Source: an uncultured Staphylococcaceae bacterium
GTDB taxonomy: Bacteria; Bacillota_I; Bacilli_A; ML615J-28; CAG-313
Length of the DNA: 55,214 nt
Reading direction: 5' to 3'
Assembly: GCA_964384805.1 (NCBI GenBank)
Contig: CAYLLO010000004.1
Span: 1-55,214, forward strand
Shown here: positions 36,332 to 46,400 of the stretch, piece by piece
How the letters are laid out: every line of letters begins with the position of its first letter
Numbering within the stretch: the first letter of the stretch is position 1
Notes under the pieces: model-generated
Database searches by the model: none
Told to the model about the DNA's origin: nothing
The model's input: the letters and a program-made list of their open reading frames with translations, nothing else
Position numbers and translations under genes: made by a program

Positions 36332-36360
36332 AAACATAAGTAATAATAAGGTGATTAATT

Positions 36361-36570
36361 ATGATAGTTAAAATCAATACAGAGTACATAAAATTAAATC
36401 AATTTTTAAAATTAGCAGGAGTTATAGTAAATGGCGGAGAAGCAAAAGAAATGATTCAAAATAAACTCATTATGGTTAATGGACAACCCGAATTTGCTCG
36501 AGGTAAGAAACTTTTTTCTGGTGATCGGGTTAAAATTGAGGGTATTGAATACATTGTGGAGCGCGAATAA
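36361..36570 (+). CDS. yaaA: S4 domain-containing RNA-binding protein YaaA
   Basis: A 69-aa protein immediately upstream of recF as in Bacillus, with S4-like sequence (IKLNQFLKLAGVIVNGGEAKEMIQNKLIMVNGQPE.ARGKKL..GD). Confidence 0.85.
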   Translation: MIVKINTEYIKLNQFLKLAGVIVNGGEAKEMIQNKLIMVNGQPEFARGKKLFSGDRVKIEGIEYIVERE

Positions 36571-37649
36571 TGTTAATTAAGAAGCTGCAGTTAATTAATT
36601 TTAGATGTTATTCGGAAAAAACAATAGAGTTTGATCCGTCCCTTACAATTATTCATGGAAGTAATGCATCAGGTAAAACTTCGATTTTAGAGGCTATTCA
36701 TGTCCTTGGATTAGCCAAATCTTATCGTGCTTCAAATGATTTTGATTTAATTAAAATAAATGAGCTTTCTTACTCTGTAAAAGGGTTAATTTTGAACCAA
36801 AAACGTGAAGATGTGGTAGTTGTTTTAAATTCAAACAAAGTTAAAAAGATAAAAAAGAATAATGATGTATATAAAACACTATCTGATTATATCGGATATA
36901 TGAATGTTGTTTATTATGATCCAACAGATTTTTCTATTTTTCAAGGTAGTCCGTCTTTGCGAAGAAGATTCTTTGATATTTTATATTGTCAAATATCTAA
37001 ACATTATCTTACAGCAACTACAGAATATAAAAGATTATTAAAAGAAAGAAATATTTTATTAAAAGAGTTAAGTATTAAAAATGATAAACAAACAAAAAAT
37101 GTTTTAGATGTTGTAACTAAGCAACTTGTTATGCATGGAAAGAAAATTATCTTAATGCGGGAAAAGATTACTAGAGAATTAGAAGTTTTGGCTAATAATA
37201 AACATAAGGAACTTTCAGCAGGAAAAGAACGTTTTGCTTTAAGATATAGACCTAATGTTTCTATAGATGATTATGAAAATAAAATATTTAACAATCTAAA
37301 TGAGGATTTAATTAGAGGAACTACGCTAGTAGGACCACATAGAGATGATTATATTTTTATTATTAATAACAAAAATATAGGGGATTATGGTTCTCAAGGT
37401 CAACAAAAAAGTGCTATTTTGAGTGTTAAATTAGCAAGTGTTGAATTAATAAATGAAGTAAAAAAACAATATCCAATTGTTTTGTTGGATGATGTTTTTA
37501 GTGAATTAGATAAAACAAGACAAAATCAACTAATAAAAATGTTGAATAGAAAAGCACAAACAATTATAACTACCGCAACAATTACAGATGTTGAAGATTC
37601 AGTAATTAGTTTGGCAAGAGTTATAGAGCTAGAAGAAAGAGGTGAATGA
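36570..37649 (+). CDS. recF: DNA replication and repair protein RecF
   Basis: Walker [15 protein letters not shown], signature-like GSQGQQKS, Walker [12 protein letters not shown]. Confidence 0.95.
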   Translation: MLIKKLQLINFRCYSEKTIEFDPSLTIIHGSNASGKTSILEAIHVLGLAKSYRASNDFDLIKINELSYSVKGLILNQKREDVVVVLNSNKVKKIKKNNDVYKTLSDYIGYMNVVYYDPTDFSIFQGSPSLRRRFFDILYCQISKHYLTATTEYKRLLKERNILLKELSIKNDKQTKNVLDVVTKQLVMHGKKIILMREKITRELEVLANNKHKELSAGKERFALRYRPNVSIDDYENKIFNNLNEDLIRGTTLVGPHRDDYIFIINNKNIGDYGSQGQQKSAILSVKLASVELINEVKKQYPIVLLDDVFSELDKTRQNQLIKMLNRKAQTIITTATITDVEDSVISLARVIELEERGE

Positions 37650-39570
37650 ATTGAGTGAAGAAATTCGTGATAATAATTCATATGAAGCCAGTAGTATCCA
37701 GGTTTTAGAAGGATTAGAAGCAGTAAGAAAAAGACCGGGGATGTATATTGGTTCTACAGGACCGAGAGGGTTGCATCATCTAGTTTGGGAGATTGTTGAT
37801 AACTCAATTGATGAAGCTTTAGCGGGCTATTGTACCGAAATAAATGTGGAAATCTATGGGGATAACTTAATAAAAGTTGTGGATAATGGTCGTGGTATGC
37901 CAACAGACATTCATCCGAAAACTAAAGTTTCTGCTACAGAAACAATTTTTACAGTATTACATGCTGGAGGTAAATTTGATAGTAGCAGTTATAAAGTATC
38001 AGGTGGGTTGCATGGAGTAGGGGCATCAGTTGTAAATGCTTTAAGTGAATATTTAGAAGTATATGTTGATCGTGGAGGTAAAAGACATTATCAAAAGTTT
38101 TCTAGAGGTAAATCTCTTGCTCCGCTTGAAGTTATAGGTGACACCGAAATTACCGGGACAACCGTTATATTTAAAGCAGATGCTGAAATATTTAAGGAAA
38201 CAACAACTTATGATTATGAAATTTTACGTCATAGAATTCAACAATTAGCGTTTTTAAATAAAGGGCTAAAATTAAGTATTAAAGATAGTCGTGACCCAGA
38301 ACATATTAAAGAGGTTAAGTATTGTTATGAAGGTGGTATTAAAGAATATGTTCATTTCTTAAATAAAGGGAAAACATCATTGCATCAAGATGTCATTTAT
38401 TTAGAAGAATCTGTTGAAGGGACAATTATTGAATTAGCTTTTCAATATACAGAAGATTATTCTTCAAGTATTTATTCGTTCGTAAATAATATTTATACCC
38501 AAGAAGGTGGGACTCATGAAGAAGGTTTTCGGAATAGTTTAACAAGAATATTAAATAATTATGCCAAAACGATGTCATCAAACAAAAAAGATGAGAGTTT
38601 ATCAGGTGATGATGTTCGTGAAGGGTTAACTGCTATTGTATCATGTAAAGTGTCAGAACCACAATTTGAAGGACAAACTAAGACTAAACTTGGTAATACC
38701 GAGGTTAGAAGATATGTATCACAAGCTATGACAGATAAGTTCGATGCATATTTAAAAGAAAATCCTAATGTTGCAAAAGTAATTATTGAAAAAGCCCTTC
38801 TTGCTTTACATGCGCGTATAGCGGCCAAGAAAGCTCGTGAAGCAACAAGAAGAAAAAGTCCTCTTGATTCTTTAGGTTTTGCCTCTAAACTTGCTGATTG
38901 TCGTTCTAAAGATCCATCTAAAACGGAAATGTATATAGTCGAAGGGGATTCGGCTGGTGGTTCTGCTAAACAAGGACGTGATAGTGTATACCAAGCCATT
39001 CTACCTTTAAGAGGTAAGGTATTAAATGTAGAAAAAGCAAGAGTAGATAGAATTTTAGGTAATCGTGAAATTATCTCCATTATTCAAGCAATAGGTACTG
39101 GTATTCAAGATGATTTTGATATAACGCAAGCTAGATATCATAAAATTGTAATTATGACCGATGCCGATGTTGATGGAGCGCATATTAGAACATTGTTATT
39201 AACCTTTTTCTATCGTTTTATGAAACCTTTAATAGAGGCGGGGTATGTTTATATAGCCCAACCACCATTATTCAAAATTTCACAAAATAAACGGGTAGAA
39301 TATGTTTATAGTGATGAAGAATTAAAAGAAAAACTTGCGCATTTTTCTGGTAGACCGAATATTCAAAGATATAAAGGGCTAGGGGAAATGAATGCAGAAC
39401 AATTATGGGATACAACAATGGATCCTAAATATCGTACTTTATTAAAAGTAAATATGTCTGATGCAATAGAAGCAGACAGAATTTTTAGTACTTTAATGGG
39501 AGACGATGTAGAACCGCGGAGAGAATTTATTGAAGAAAATGCGGTATATGTTCAAAATCTTGATGTATAG
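37642..39570 (+). CDS. gyrB: DNA gyrase subunit B
   Basis: [48 protein letters not shown]. The track start is GTG at 37642. TTG at 37651 sits 6 nt after GAGGTG and may be the real start. Confidence 0.95.
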   Translation: MNELSEEIRDNNSYEASSIQVLEGLEAVRKRPGMYIGSTGPRGLHHLVWEIVDNSIDEALAGYCTEINVEIYGDNLIKVVDNGRGMPTDIHPKTKVSATETIFTVLHAGGKFDSSSYKVSGGLHGVGASVVNALSEYLEVYVDRGGKRHYQKFSRGKSLAPLEVIGDTEITGTTVIFKADAEIFKETTTYDYEILRHRIQQLAFLNKGLKLSIKDSRDPEHIKEVKYCYEGGIKEYVHFLNKGKTSLHQDVIYLEESVEGTIIELAFQYTEDYSSSIYSFVNNIYTQEGGTHEEGFRNSLTRILNNYAKTMSSNKKDESLSGDDVREGLTAIVSCKVSEPQFEGQTKTKLGNTEVRRYVSQAMTDKFDAYLKENPNVAKVIIEKALLALHARIAAKKAREATRRKSPLDSLGFASKLADCRSKDPSKTEMYIVEGDSAGGSAKQGRDSVYQAILPLRGKVLNVEKARVDRILGNREIISIIQAIGTGIQDDFDITQARYHKIVIMTDADVDGAHIRTLLLTFFYRFMKPLIEAGYVYIAQPPLFKISQNKRVEYVYSDEELKEKLAHFSGRPNIQRYKGLGEMNAEQLWDTTMDPKYRTLLKVNMSDAIEADRIFSTLMGDDVEPRREFIEENAVYVQNLDV

Positions 39571-39581
39571 GAGGTATTCTT

Positions 39582-42218
39582 GTGAGTGAAAAAGAATTAG
39601 ATCAATTAGAAGAAAAGATAGAACAAGAAGACTCTGAAGAAGATGATGTAGAAGTAGGAGAAGTTGAAAGATTAGATACAACTAATCCGGATGTTATAGA
39701 TGTCGACTTAAATAGTGAAATGAAAAATTCATTTTTAAGTTATGCTATGAGTGTAATTGTTGCCCGTGCATTGCCAGATGTGAGGGATGGGATGAAACCT
39801 GTACATCGCCGTATTTTATATGCGATGGACCAAATAGGTGTTTATCATGATCGACCACATAAAAAATCTGCTCGTATTGTAGGGGACGTTATTGGTAAAT
39901 ATCACCCACATGGAGATACAGCAGTATATGAGGCTATGGTTCGTATGGCTCAAGACTTTAGTTATCGTTATCCTTTAGTTGATGGACATGGTAACTTTGG
40001 ATCAGTTGATGGTGATCCGGCGGCCGCAATGCGTTATACAGAGGCTAGAATGAGTAAATTAGCTTTTGAAATGTTACGTGATCTTGATAAAAATACGGTT
40101 GATTTTCAAGATAACTATGATGGAAGTGAACAAGAACCAGCCATTTTACCAGCCAGATACCCCAATCTTTTAGTCAATGGGGCTACAGGTATTGCGGTAG
40201 GGATGGCAACCAATATTCCAACTCATAATTTAGTTGAAGTAATCGATGGAGTTTTAGCTTTAATAGAAAATCCAGATATCTCAATTGATGGTTTAATGGA
40301 ATATATACCAGCACCGGACTTTCCAACAGGCGGAATCATTATGGGAGGTCAACAAGTAAGAAAGGCTTATCAAACTGGTACGGGAACAATCATTATTCGT
40401 TCAAAAGTCAAAATAGAAACCCTAAAAAATGGGAAACAAGAAATAATTATAACAGAAATACCTTATCAAGTTAATAAATCTAAATTAATTGAAAAAATTG
40501 CAGAACTTGCGAAAGATAAAATAATAGATGGGGTAACTGATTTACGTGATGAATCATCTCGTAAAGGCATGAAAATTGTAATTGAATTAAGACGTGATGC
40601 CAATGTTAATGTCATTTTAAATAATTTATATAAATTATCACAACTACAAATAACTTATGGCATTAATATGATTGCTTTAGATAAGGGCCAACCTAAAGTT
40701 CTAAATTTAAAACAAATTTTAGAATGTTATTTAGAACACCAAGTTGAAGTTATTACTAGAAGAACAGAATATGACTTAAATAAAGCTAAAGCAAGACTTC
40801 ATATTGTTGAAGGATTGTTAATCGCACTTGCTAATATTGATGAAGTAGTTAGAGTTATTAAGTCTAGTGAGACAACTGAAATTGCAACTAAATCATTAAT
40901 TGAAAAGTTTATTCTTTCAGAAATTCAAGCTAAAGCCATTTTAGATATGCGTCTTCAAACATTAACAGGATTACAAGTTAATAAGTTAGAAGATGAAAAG
41001 GTAAAATTAATTGAGTTAGTCGCTGATTTAGAAGATATTCTTGCTCGTCATGAACGTAAAATGGAAATTATTGTTGCTGAACTCAAAGAAATTCAAAGAA
41101 AATATGGCGATAAACGTTTAAGTGAACTCGATTTCTCTAGTGATTTGGATGTAAATGATGAAGATTTAATTCCAGTAGAAGACGTAATTGTCACAATTAC
41201 TAATAAAGGTTATATTAAACGAATGAGAGTTGATAGTTATAAAGCTCAAAAACGTGGAGGAAAAGGTATAACAGGAACAAAGATGCAAGGTGATGATTTT
41301 GTCGAAAGAGTAATTTACACATCTTCCCATGATAATTTGTTGTTTTTTACAAATCTTGGTAAAGTATATACCCTTAAGGCTTATCAAATTCCTGCTGCTT
41401 CAAGAATTTCTAAAGGTTTACCATTAGTTAACATTTTACCATTTGAAGAAGGAGAGCGTTTAGCAACAGTTATCAACATTCAATCTGTTGAACAAGGCGG
41501 ATATTTAGTATTTGCGACAAAATTTGGAGGAATTAAGAAAACTGAGTTAATCCAATATAAAAATATTCGTTCAACAGGTATTAGAGCAATTGTTCTAAAT
41601 GAAGGAGATGAAGTAATTGAGGCTGCTTTAACAAATGGTCAAAAAGATATTATTTTAGGTTCATCAAATGGTAAAGCCGTAAGATTTAATGAAAGTTTAG
41701 TTCGTTCAACAAAACGTGCGGCTTCTGGAGTTAAAGGAATTAAAGTTGCTGAGAATGAAAAAACTATTGGAATGTGTGTTGTAAACTCTGAAGAAGATGA
41801 AATTATCATTCTAACATCTAACGGATATGGCAAAAGAACATCTGTTGAAGATTTTAAAGTTAAAGGACGTAATGGAAAAGGAGTTAAATTTATGAATTTA
41901 ACGGGAAAAAATGGTGTTCCAGTATGTTTAAAAACAGTAACAGGTGAAGAAGACTTAATGATTATTACCGATAAAGGAATGATTATAAGAACACATTTAG
42001 ACCAAATTTCAACAATTGGTCGAGATACTCAAGGGGTAAGAATTATTTCTTTAAATGAAGGACATAATGTTGCGTCAATTGCAATTGTACCAAGAAGTGA
42101 TGAAGAAGATATAGAAGATTCATTTGAAGACGATGATGAAGGTTATTTAGATAATAAGCAACCAGAAATGAGTGATTTTTCGGATGAAGATCAAACATTA
42201 GTTGATGAAGAAGAGTAA
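39582..42218 (+). CDS. gyrA: DNA gyrase subunit A
   Basis: GTG start after [32 protein letters not shown], the QRDR segment YHPHGD, beta-pinwheel repeats and acidic N- and C-terminal tails. Confidence 0.95.
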   Translation: MSEKELDQLEEKIEQEDSEEDDVEVGEVERLDTTNPDVIDVDLNSEMKNSFLSYAMSVIVARALPDVRDGMKPVHRRILYAMDQIGVYHDRPHKKSARIVGDVIGKYHPHGDTAVYEAMVRMAQDFSYRYPLVDGHGNFGSVDGDPAAAMRYTEARMSKLAFEMLRDLDKNTVDFQDNYDGSEQEPAILPARYPNLLVNGATGIAVGMATNIPTHNLVEVIDGVLALIENPDISIDGLMEYIPAPDFPTGGIIMGGQQVRKAYQTGTGTIIIRSKVKIETLKNGKQEIIITEIPYQVNKSKLIEKIAELAKDKIIDGVTDLRDESSRKGMKIVIELRRDANVNVILNNLYKLSQLQITYGINMIALDKGQPKVLNLKQILECYLEHQVEVITRRTEYDLNKAKARLHIVEGLLIALANIDEVVRVIKSSETTEIATKSLIEKFILSEIQAKAILDMRLQTLTGLQVNKLEDEKVKLIELVADLEDILARHERKMEIIVAELKEIQRKYGDKRLSELDFSSDLDVNDEDLIPVEDVIVTITNKGYIKRMRVDSYKAQKRGGKGITGTKMQGDDFVERVIYTSSHDNLLFFTNLGKVYTLKAYQIPAASRISKGLPLVNILPFEEGERLATVINIQSVEQGGYLVFATKFGGIKKTELIQYKNIRSTGIRAIVLNEGDEVIEAALTNGQKDIILGSSNGKAVRFNESLVRSTKRAASGVKGIKVAENEKTIGMCVVNSEEDEIIILTSNGYGKRTSVEDFKVKGRNGKGVKFMNLTGKNGVPVCLKTVTGEEDLMIITDKGMIIRTHLDQISTIGRDTQGVRIISLNEGHNVASIAIVPRSDEEDIEDSFEDDDEGYLDNKQPEMSDFSDEDQTLVDEEE

Positions 42219-42226
42219 TTAATAAG

Positions 42227-42258
42227 ATGAGCAGATGAAAACGTCTGCTCATTTGATT
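42227..42258 (+). terminator. Rho-independent terminator after gyrA
   Basis: ATGAGCAGATG-AAAA-CGTCTGCTCAT (one G-U pair) followed by TTGATT. Confidence 0.65.
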
Positions 42259-42304
42259 AAAAAAGTAAAATAATTAAGTATTAGATGAAATTAATTATAA
42301 ATTC

Positions 42305-42333
42305 TTGACATTCGGTAAATAATAGATTATAAT
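42305..42333 (+). promoter_or_regulatory. Consensus sigma-A promoter of the serS T-box leader
   Basis: TTGACA (42305..42310), exact 17-nt spacer, TATAAT (42328..42333). Confidence 0.75.
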
Positions 42334-42339
42334 TAAATA

Positions 42340-42565
42340 GTAAAATCTGTGATAAGGAATAGTAACTAAGGTGTTTAGATTAGAGAACGAGTGGTTGGTG
42401 AAAACTCATGTGTAAACTAATTAGTGAATCTACCTTTGAGATGACTTTGAAAAAAGCTCCGGATGTAGGCCGTAATCTATTAAAAGCGAGAGGTAACTCT
42501 AATAAGGGTGGTACCGCGGACAAAAAATGTTCGTCCCTGTTGTTTACAGCAGGGATTTTTATATT
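42340..42565 (+). promoter_or_regulatory. T-box riboswitch leader (Ser specifier) controlling serS
   Basis: Stem I closes AAGG...CCTT with specifier TCT (42429..42431) followed by A. The T-box motif AATAAGGGTGGTACCGCGG is at 42501..42519. The terminator is TCCCTGTTG-TTTA-CAGCAGGGA plus TTTTT (42534..42560). Confidence 0.9.
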
Positions 42566-42602
42566 TTTTAAAAGAGTATTTTTCGATAAAGGAGATAAAA
42601 TA

Positions 42603-43880
42603 ATGTTAGATATTAAATTTGTAAGACTTAATCCTGAACTTGTTAAAGAAAACATCAAAAAGAAATTTCAAGACGAAAAACTTCCACTTGTTGATGAGGC
42701 AATTGAGTTAGATGTTAAAATTCGTGATGTTAAACAAGTAGGAGATGAACTTCGTGCTAGACGTAATGTAGCAAGTACAGAAATAGGGAAATTAATGCGT
42801 GAAAAACGTGTTGATGAAGCAATGGAAATTAAGAAAGAAGTTGTTGAAATTAATGAAAAGTTAGTTTCTTTGGAAAAAGAAGAAGCAGAACTTTCCACAA
42901 AACTTAAGAAAATAATGATGACTATTCCTAATATCATTGATCCAAGTGTACCAATTGGAAAAGATGATAGTGAAAACGTAGAAGTTAAGAGATATTTAGA
43001 ACCACGTATTCCTGATTTTGAAGTTCCATATCATCTAGATATTATTGAAAAAGTAAATGGAATTGATTTAGATGGTGCTAGAAAAGTATCTGGGAATGGT
43101 TTCTATTATTTAATGGGTGATATCGCCAGACTTCATTCTGCTGTCTTATCATATGCTCGAGATTTTATGATTAATAAGGGATTTACTTATTGTATTCCTC
43201 CATATATGATTAGAAGTGATGTGGTAACGGGAGTTATGAGTTTCGCGGAGATGGATGCCATGATGTATAAAATTGAAGGAGAAGATTTATACTTAATTGG
43301 TACTAGTGAACATTCAATGATTGGTAAGTTTATCGACACATTAAACGAAAAAAGCAAATTACCATATACATTAACAAGTTATTCACCATGTTTTAGAAAA
43401 GAAAAAGGTGCTCATGGAATTGAAGAAAGAGGAATTTATCGTATTCATCAATTCGAAAAACAAGAGATGATTGTTGTTTGTGAACCATCAGAATCTAAAG
43501 ATTGGTTTGAAAAATTATATCAATATACAGTAGAACTATTTGTAAGCATGGAAATACCCGTTCGAACACTTGAGTGTTGTAGTGGAGATTTAGCCGATCT
43601 TAAAGTTAAAAGTATTGATGTAGAAGCATGGAGTCCACGTCAAAAGAAATATTTTGAGGTTGGAAGTTGCTCTAATTTGGGAGACGCCCAAGCAAGAAGA
43701 CTTGGTATTAGAATAAAAGATGAGAATGGTAACTATTTTGCCCATACTTTAAATAACACTGTTGTGGCTCCTCCAAGAATGTTAATTGCTTTACTTGAAA
43801 ATCACTTACAAAAAGATGGTTCAATTAAAATTCCGGAAGTTTTAAGACCATATATGGGGGGACTTGATTACATTAGATAA
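42603..43880 (+). CDS. serS: Serine--tRNA ligase
   Basis: The true start is MLDIKFVRLNPELV (ATG at 42603, RBS AAAGGAG). The first 65 codons of track ORF 42408.. translate the T-box leader. The N-terminal coiled-coil arm and the class II motifs (FRKE, GTSEHS, GSCSN) are present. Confidence 0.95.
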   Translation: MLDIKFVRLNPELVKENIKKKFQDEKLPLVDEAIELDVKIRDVKQVGDELRARRNVASTEIGKLMREKRVDEAMEIKKEVVEINEKLVSLEKEEAELSTKLKKIMMTIPNIIDPSVPIGKDDSENVEVKRYLEPRIPDFEVPYHLDIIEKVNGIDLDGARKVSGNGFYYLMGDIARLHSAVLSYARDFMINKGFTYCIPPYMIRSDVVTGVMSFAEMDAMMYKIEGEDLYLIGTSEHSMIGKFIDTLNEKSKLPYTLTSYSPCFRKEKGAHGIEERGIYRIHQFEKQEMIVVCEPSESKDWFEKLYQYTVELFVSMEIPVRTLECCSGDLADLKVKSIDVEAWSPRQKKYFEVGSCSNLGDAQARRLGIRIKDENGNYFAHTLNNTVVAPPRMLIALLENHLQKDGSIKIPEVLRPYMGGLDYIR

Positions 43881-43886
43881 CAAAAA

Positions 43887-43925
43887 TAGAAGTTCCAGAT
43901 TGTTTGGAGCTTCTACTTTGTTTTA
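43887..43925. terminator. Terminator between convergent serS and HIT genes
   Basis: TAGAAGTTCCA-N7-TGGAGCTTCTA (one G-U pair) followed by CTTTGTTTT. Confidence 0.65.
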
Positions 43926-43938
43926 TAAAAATGCAGCT

Positions 43939-44337
43939 TTATTCAGTGATTTGCTTGTGTAGTTTAGTAAGTTCTTCGAAATTTGCATCATGTGGGGCTT
44001 CGTGAAAATAACATTCATCGTTACCATATCTTGGAATAATATGAATGTGATAATGATTAACTACTTGTCCTGCTTTGGGACCATTGTTATTTAAGATATT
44101 GACATCTTCGAAATGTAATTTGTTTTTTAGTAATTTAACTGTTTTGGTGACAGTACTAAATAATTCTTTGGCAGTATAATCATCAAGATCAAAGATATTT
44201 TCGATATGTTTTTTAGGAATAACAAGGGTGTGACCTTTCGTATTTTGAGAAATATCTAAAAAGGCCATTGTTGTTTCGTTTTCATAAATTTTATAACTTG
44301 GTATTTCCCCATTTACAATTTTACAGAATACACACAT
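43939..44337 (-). CDS. HIT family (histidine triad) nucleotide hydrolase
   Basis: MCVFCKIV...GEIPSYKIYE N-terminus and the triad NHYHIHIIP. Confidence 0.9.
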   Translation of the reverse strand: MCVFCKIVNGEIPSYKIYENETTMAFLDISQNTKGHTLVIPKKHIENIFDLDDYTAKELFSTVTKTVKLLKNKLHFEDVNILNNNGPKAGQVVNHYHIHIIPRYGNDECYFHEAPHDANFEELTKLHKQITE

Positions 44338-44421
44338 ATATATATAACCTCCAGTTTATGTAATTATAACAAATATTTTTCACAAATAAAAGAAAAAAGA
44401 TAAAGAAAGGAGAGCATAGGC

Positions 44422-44955
44422 TTGTCTAAATTAACAATTAAAAAAATGATTCTTTTAGCGGTATTGATAGCTTTAAGTTGTGTTCTTTCATATTTTGATA
44501 GTTATATATGCTCTTTTATATCTTTTGGGTTGATACGATATAAGTTGGGGTTAGCTAATGTTGTGATAATGGTAATATTGTATAATTATGATTTTAAAAG
44601 GGCAATTTTCGCAGTTGTGATAAAATCATTAATTGTTGGATTATTTTTTGGTGCCACAGGATTTATAACTTTTATAATAAGTTTATTTGGTTCCCTACTT
44701 AGTGTAATAGGAATGTATGTATTTAAGAGAATGCTTGTAAAATCAAATTTTACGCCTTTTATAGGGCTAATAGGAGGTTTTTTACATCCAGTAGGACAAA
44801 TTATAGGGGCAATATTAATCTATGGATTTAAAGAGTTTTTAGCCTCAAGTTTAATTACTGCCCCAATTATGTTAATTCTTGGAATAATAACGGGAATAAT
44901 CGTTGGTTTTACCGCACAACAAATAAATAAATATTTAAAAGATAAAATTAGCTAA
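44422..44955 (+). CDS. Gx transporter family / heptaprenyl-diphosphate-synthase-component-I-like membrane protein
   Basis: TTG start 7 nt after AAAGGAGAG. It is 177 aa with about 5 TM helices and resembles the small Hpre_diP_synt_I-type membrane proteins. The family call is tentative. Confidence 0.5.
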   Translation: MSKLTIKKMILLAVLIALSCVLSYFDSYICSFISFGLIRYKLGLANVVIMVILYNYDFKRAIFAVVIKSLIVGLFFGATGFITFIISLFGSLLSVIGMYVFKRMLVKSNFTPFIGLIGGFLHPVGQIIGAILIYGFKEFLASSLITAPIMLILGIITGIIVGFTAQQINKYLKDKIS

Positions 44956-45310
44956 AAGGATATTCGTATTCAATTTCTTCATCAAAGGCAACATATGAAA
45001 GATAAATAGTTAATAGTAGATAATATACATTGGTTTGAGTATCGCGTAAAACAATATGATCTTTGCCAGCCTCTAAGAGTTCGCCTTTATATATTTTAGA
45101 ACCCCACTGACTACCTTCAAAGTTCATATACACAGTAGCAATTTTCCCTCTATTCAAACGCAGTATATTTTCAACATATGATTGTTCCGCGAATGTATAG
45201 GGATTTGGATATGGTTGCCCACTTGGCGGCATTTGATTCATAAATTGAGGAGGATACATTCCTCCCATACATGGTGAAAATCCATAAGGTTGTTGATAAT
45301 TAATTGTCAT
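44948..45310 (-). CDS. gerQ: Spore coat protein GerQ
   Basis: A Q/P-rich N-terminus, then the conserved core SYVENILRLNRGKIATVYMNFEGSQWGSKIYKGELLEAGKDHIVLRD. It lies directly downstream of cwlJ as in Bacillus. Confidence 0.8.
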   Translation of the reverse strand: MTINYQQPYGFSPCMGGMYPPQFMNQMPPSGQPYPNPYTFAEQSYVENILRLNRGKIATVYMNFEGSQWGSKIYKGELLEAGKDHIVLRDTQTNVYYLLLTIYLSYVAFDEEIEYEYPFS

Positions 45311-45385
45311 TTTTTGATAATTTAAATAGGAAATATTTATTTAATAAATATGCCTATTTTTAACTCCTTTCTAAAAAAATAATAG

Positions 45386-45805
45386 CTATTTATAGCAATT
45401 TTCCCCTGCTACTGGGGCATAAAAACAATGAGATTTAAATTTGCCACTATTCCATTGTCCCCACCATTGAGCACTACAAGCTCCATCGGTGTTATAAAAC
45501 CATAAAGCATTTGTGGCCGGACTATGACGTTCACCTTTTAAACTTCTTTTAGCAAGCTTAAGATCTATATCTCTAGGGGCTTGATAAAAATAAGAATGAA
45601 GGGTTGCCTCAAATCCACCAGGACGTTGGAAAACCATTTTATAAATGGTATTAATATCTTGAAAATCTAAACAATTAGCCAAAACACGGTTTACGCCAAC
45701 GTTGCCGACCATCAACATGCCAAGTTCACCTTCTGATTCGGCTTCAGCACGCATAAGGCGCGCTAAGAGTTTAAGTTCTTGATCATTATAAGCTACGACC
45801 GACAT
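45386..45805 (-). CDS. cwlJ: Spore cortex-lytic cell wall hydrolase CwlJ/SleB family
   Basis: Hydrolase_2-type sequence LLARLMRAEAESEGELGMLMVGNVGVNRV...QRPGGFEA...ALWFYN, 139 aa (CwlJ size). Confidence 0.85.
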   Translation of the reverse strand: MSVVAYNDQELKLLARLMRAEAESEGELGMLMVGNVGVNRVLANCLDFQDINTIYKMVFQRPGGFEATLHSYFYQAPRDIDLKLAKRSLKGERHSPATNALWFYNTDGACSAQWWGQWNSGKFKSHCFYAPVAGENCYK

Positions 45806-45877
45806 ATTTCACCTTACCTTGTTTGGTAAAGTATATGTCTTATAATTAAAAAATATAACAAATTTGAGGATAAAAAT

Positions 45878-46384
45878 ATGAGTGAAGAAAAAACAAATTG
45901 TAATGGTGAGTGTTCTACTTGTAAATCAGTATGTGGCACTACTTGTCCGAAGTGTGGAGCACCAGGAAAACTAGTTCCTTCTGTGACGGTTGCGACAATA
46001 AGCAAGGGTCCAGTTAATTTAGAAGAAGATTATTATTTATGTTTAAGACCGAATTGTGATGTGGCATATTTTACAGAAGATCACAAAATGATAATAAAGG
46101 AAGACGTAAATGTCCCTATTTGGTTTAAATCTAAATATGAAGAATATATTGTGTGTTATTGCCGTAATATATATCTAAAGGATATTGTTTCAGCCGTAAT
46201 TAACCTAGGAGGTTGTGACAATAAAAAAGAACTCTTACATTACCTAGGTAAAGAAGATGGTGCAGGCAAATGTATTATTAAAAATCCTACTGGCGCTCCA
46301 TGTGATGAATTATTTGCGAACGCCATTAGTTATGCAAATAACATATATAACCAAATGAAACACCAGCAAGAAGAAAAAAAATAA
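45878..46384 (+). CDS. Cys-rich metal-binding protein (CopZ-N-terminal-like zinc ribbon plus BFD-like segment)
   Basis: CNGECSTCKSVCGTTCPKCGAPGKLV..VTV, then YYLCLRPNCDVAYF, then VCYCRNIYLKDIVSAV...GKC...APC. The pattern resembles the Zn / [2Fe-2S] N-terminal domain described for Archaeoglobus CopZ. The call rests on pattern only. Confidence 0.4.
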   Translation: MSEEKTNCNGECSTCKSVCGTTCPKCGAPGKLVPSVTVATISKGPVNLEEDYYLCLRPNCDVAYFTEDHKMIIKEDVNVPIWFKSKYEEYIVCYCRNIYLKDIVSAVINLGGCDNKKELLHYLGKEDGAGKCIIKNPTGAPCDELFANAISYANNIYNQMKHQQEEKK

Positions 46385-46400
46385 GAAAGAGGTAAGGAAG

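Noticed and set aside
42408-42602. The N-terminal 65 codons of the serS track ORF.
   Set aside because: This segment translates the T-box leader, including the GGTGGTACCGCGG motif and the terminator hairpin. SerRS proteins begin MLD(I/L)K..., which is found at 42603 behind an AAAGGAG RBS.
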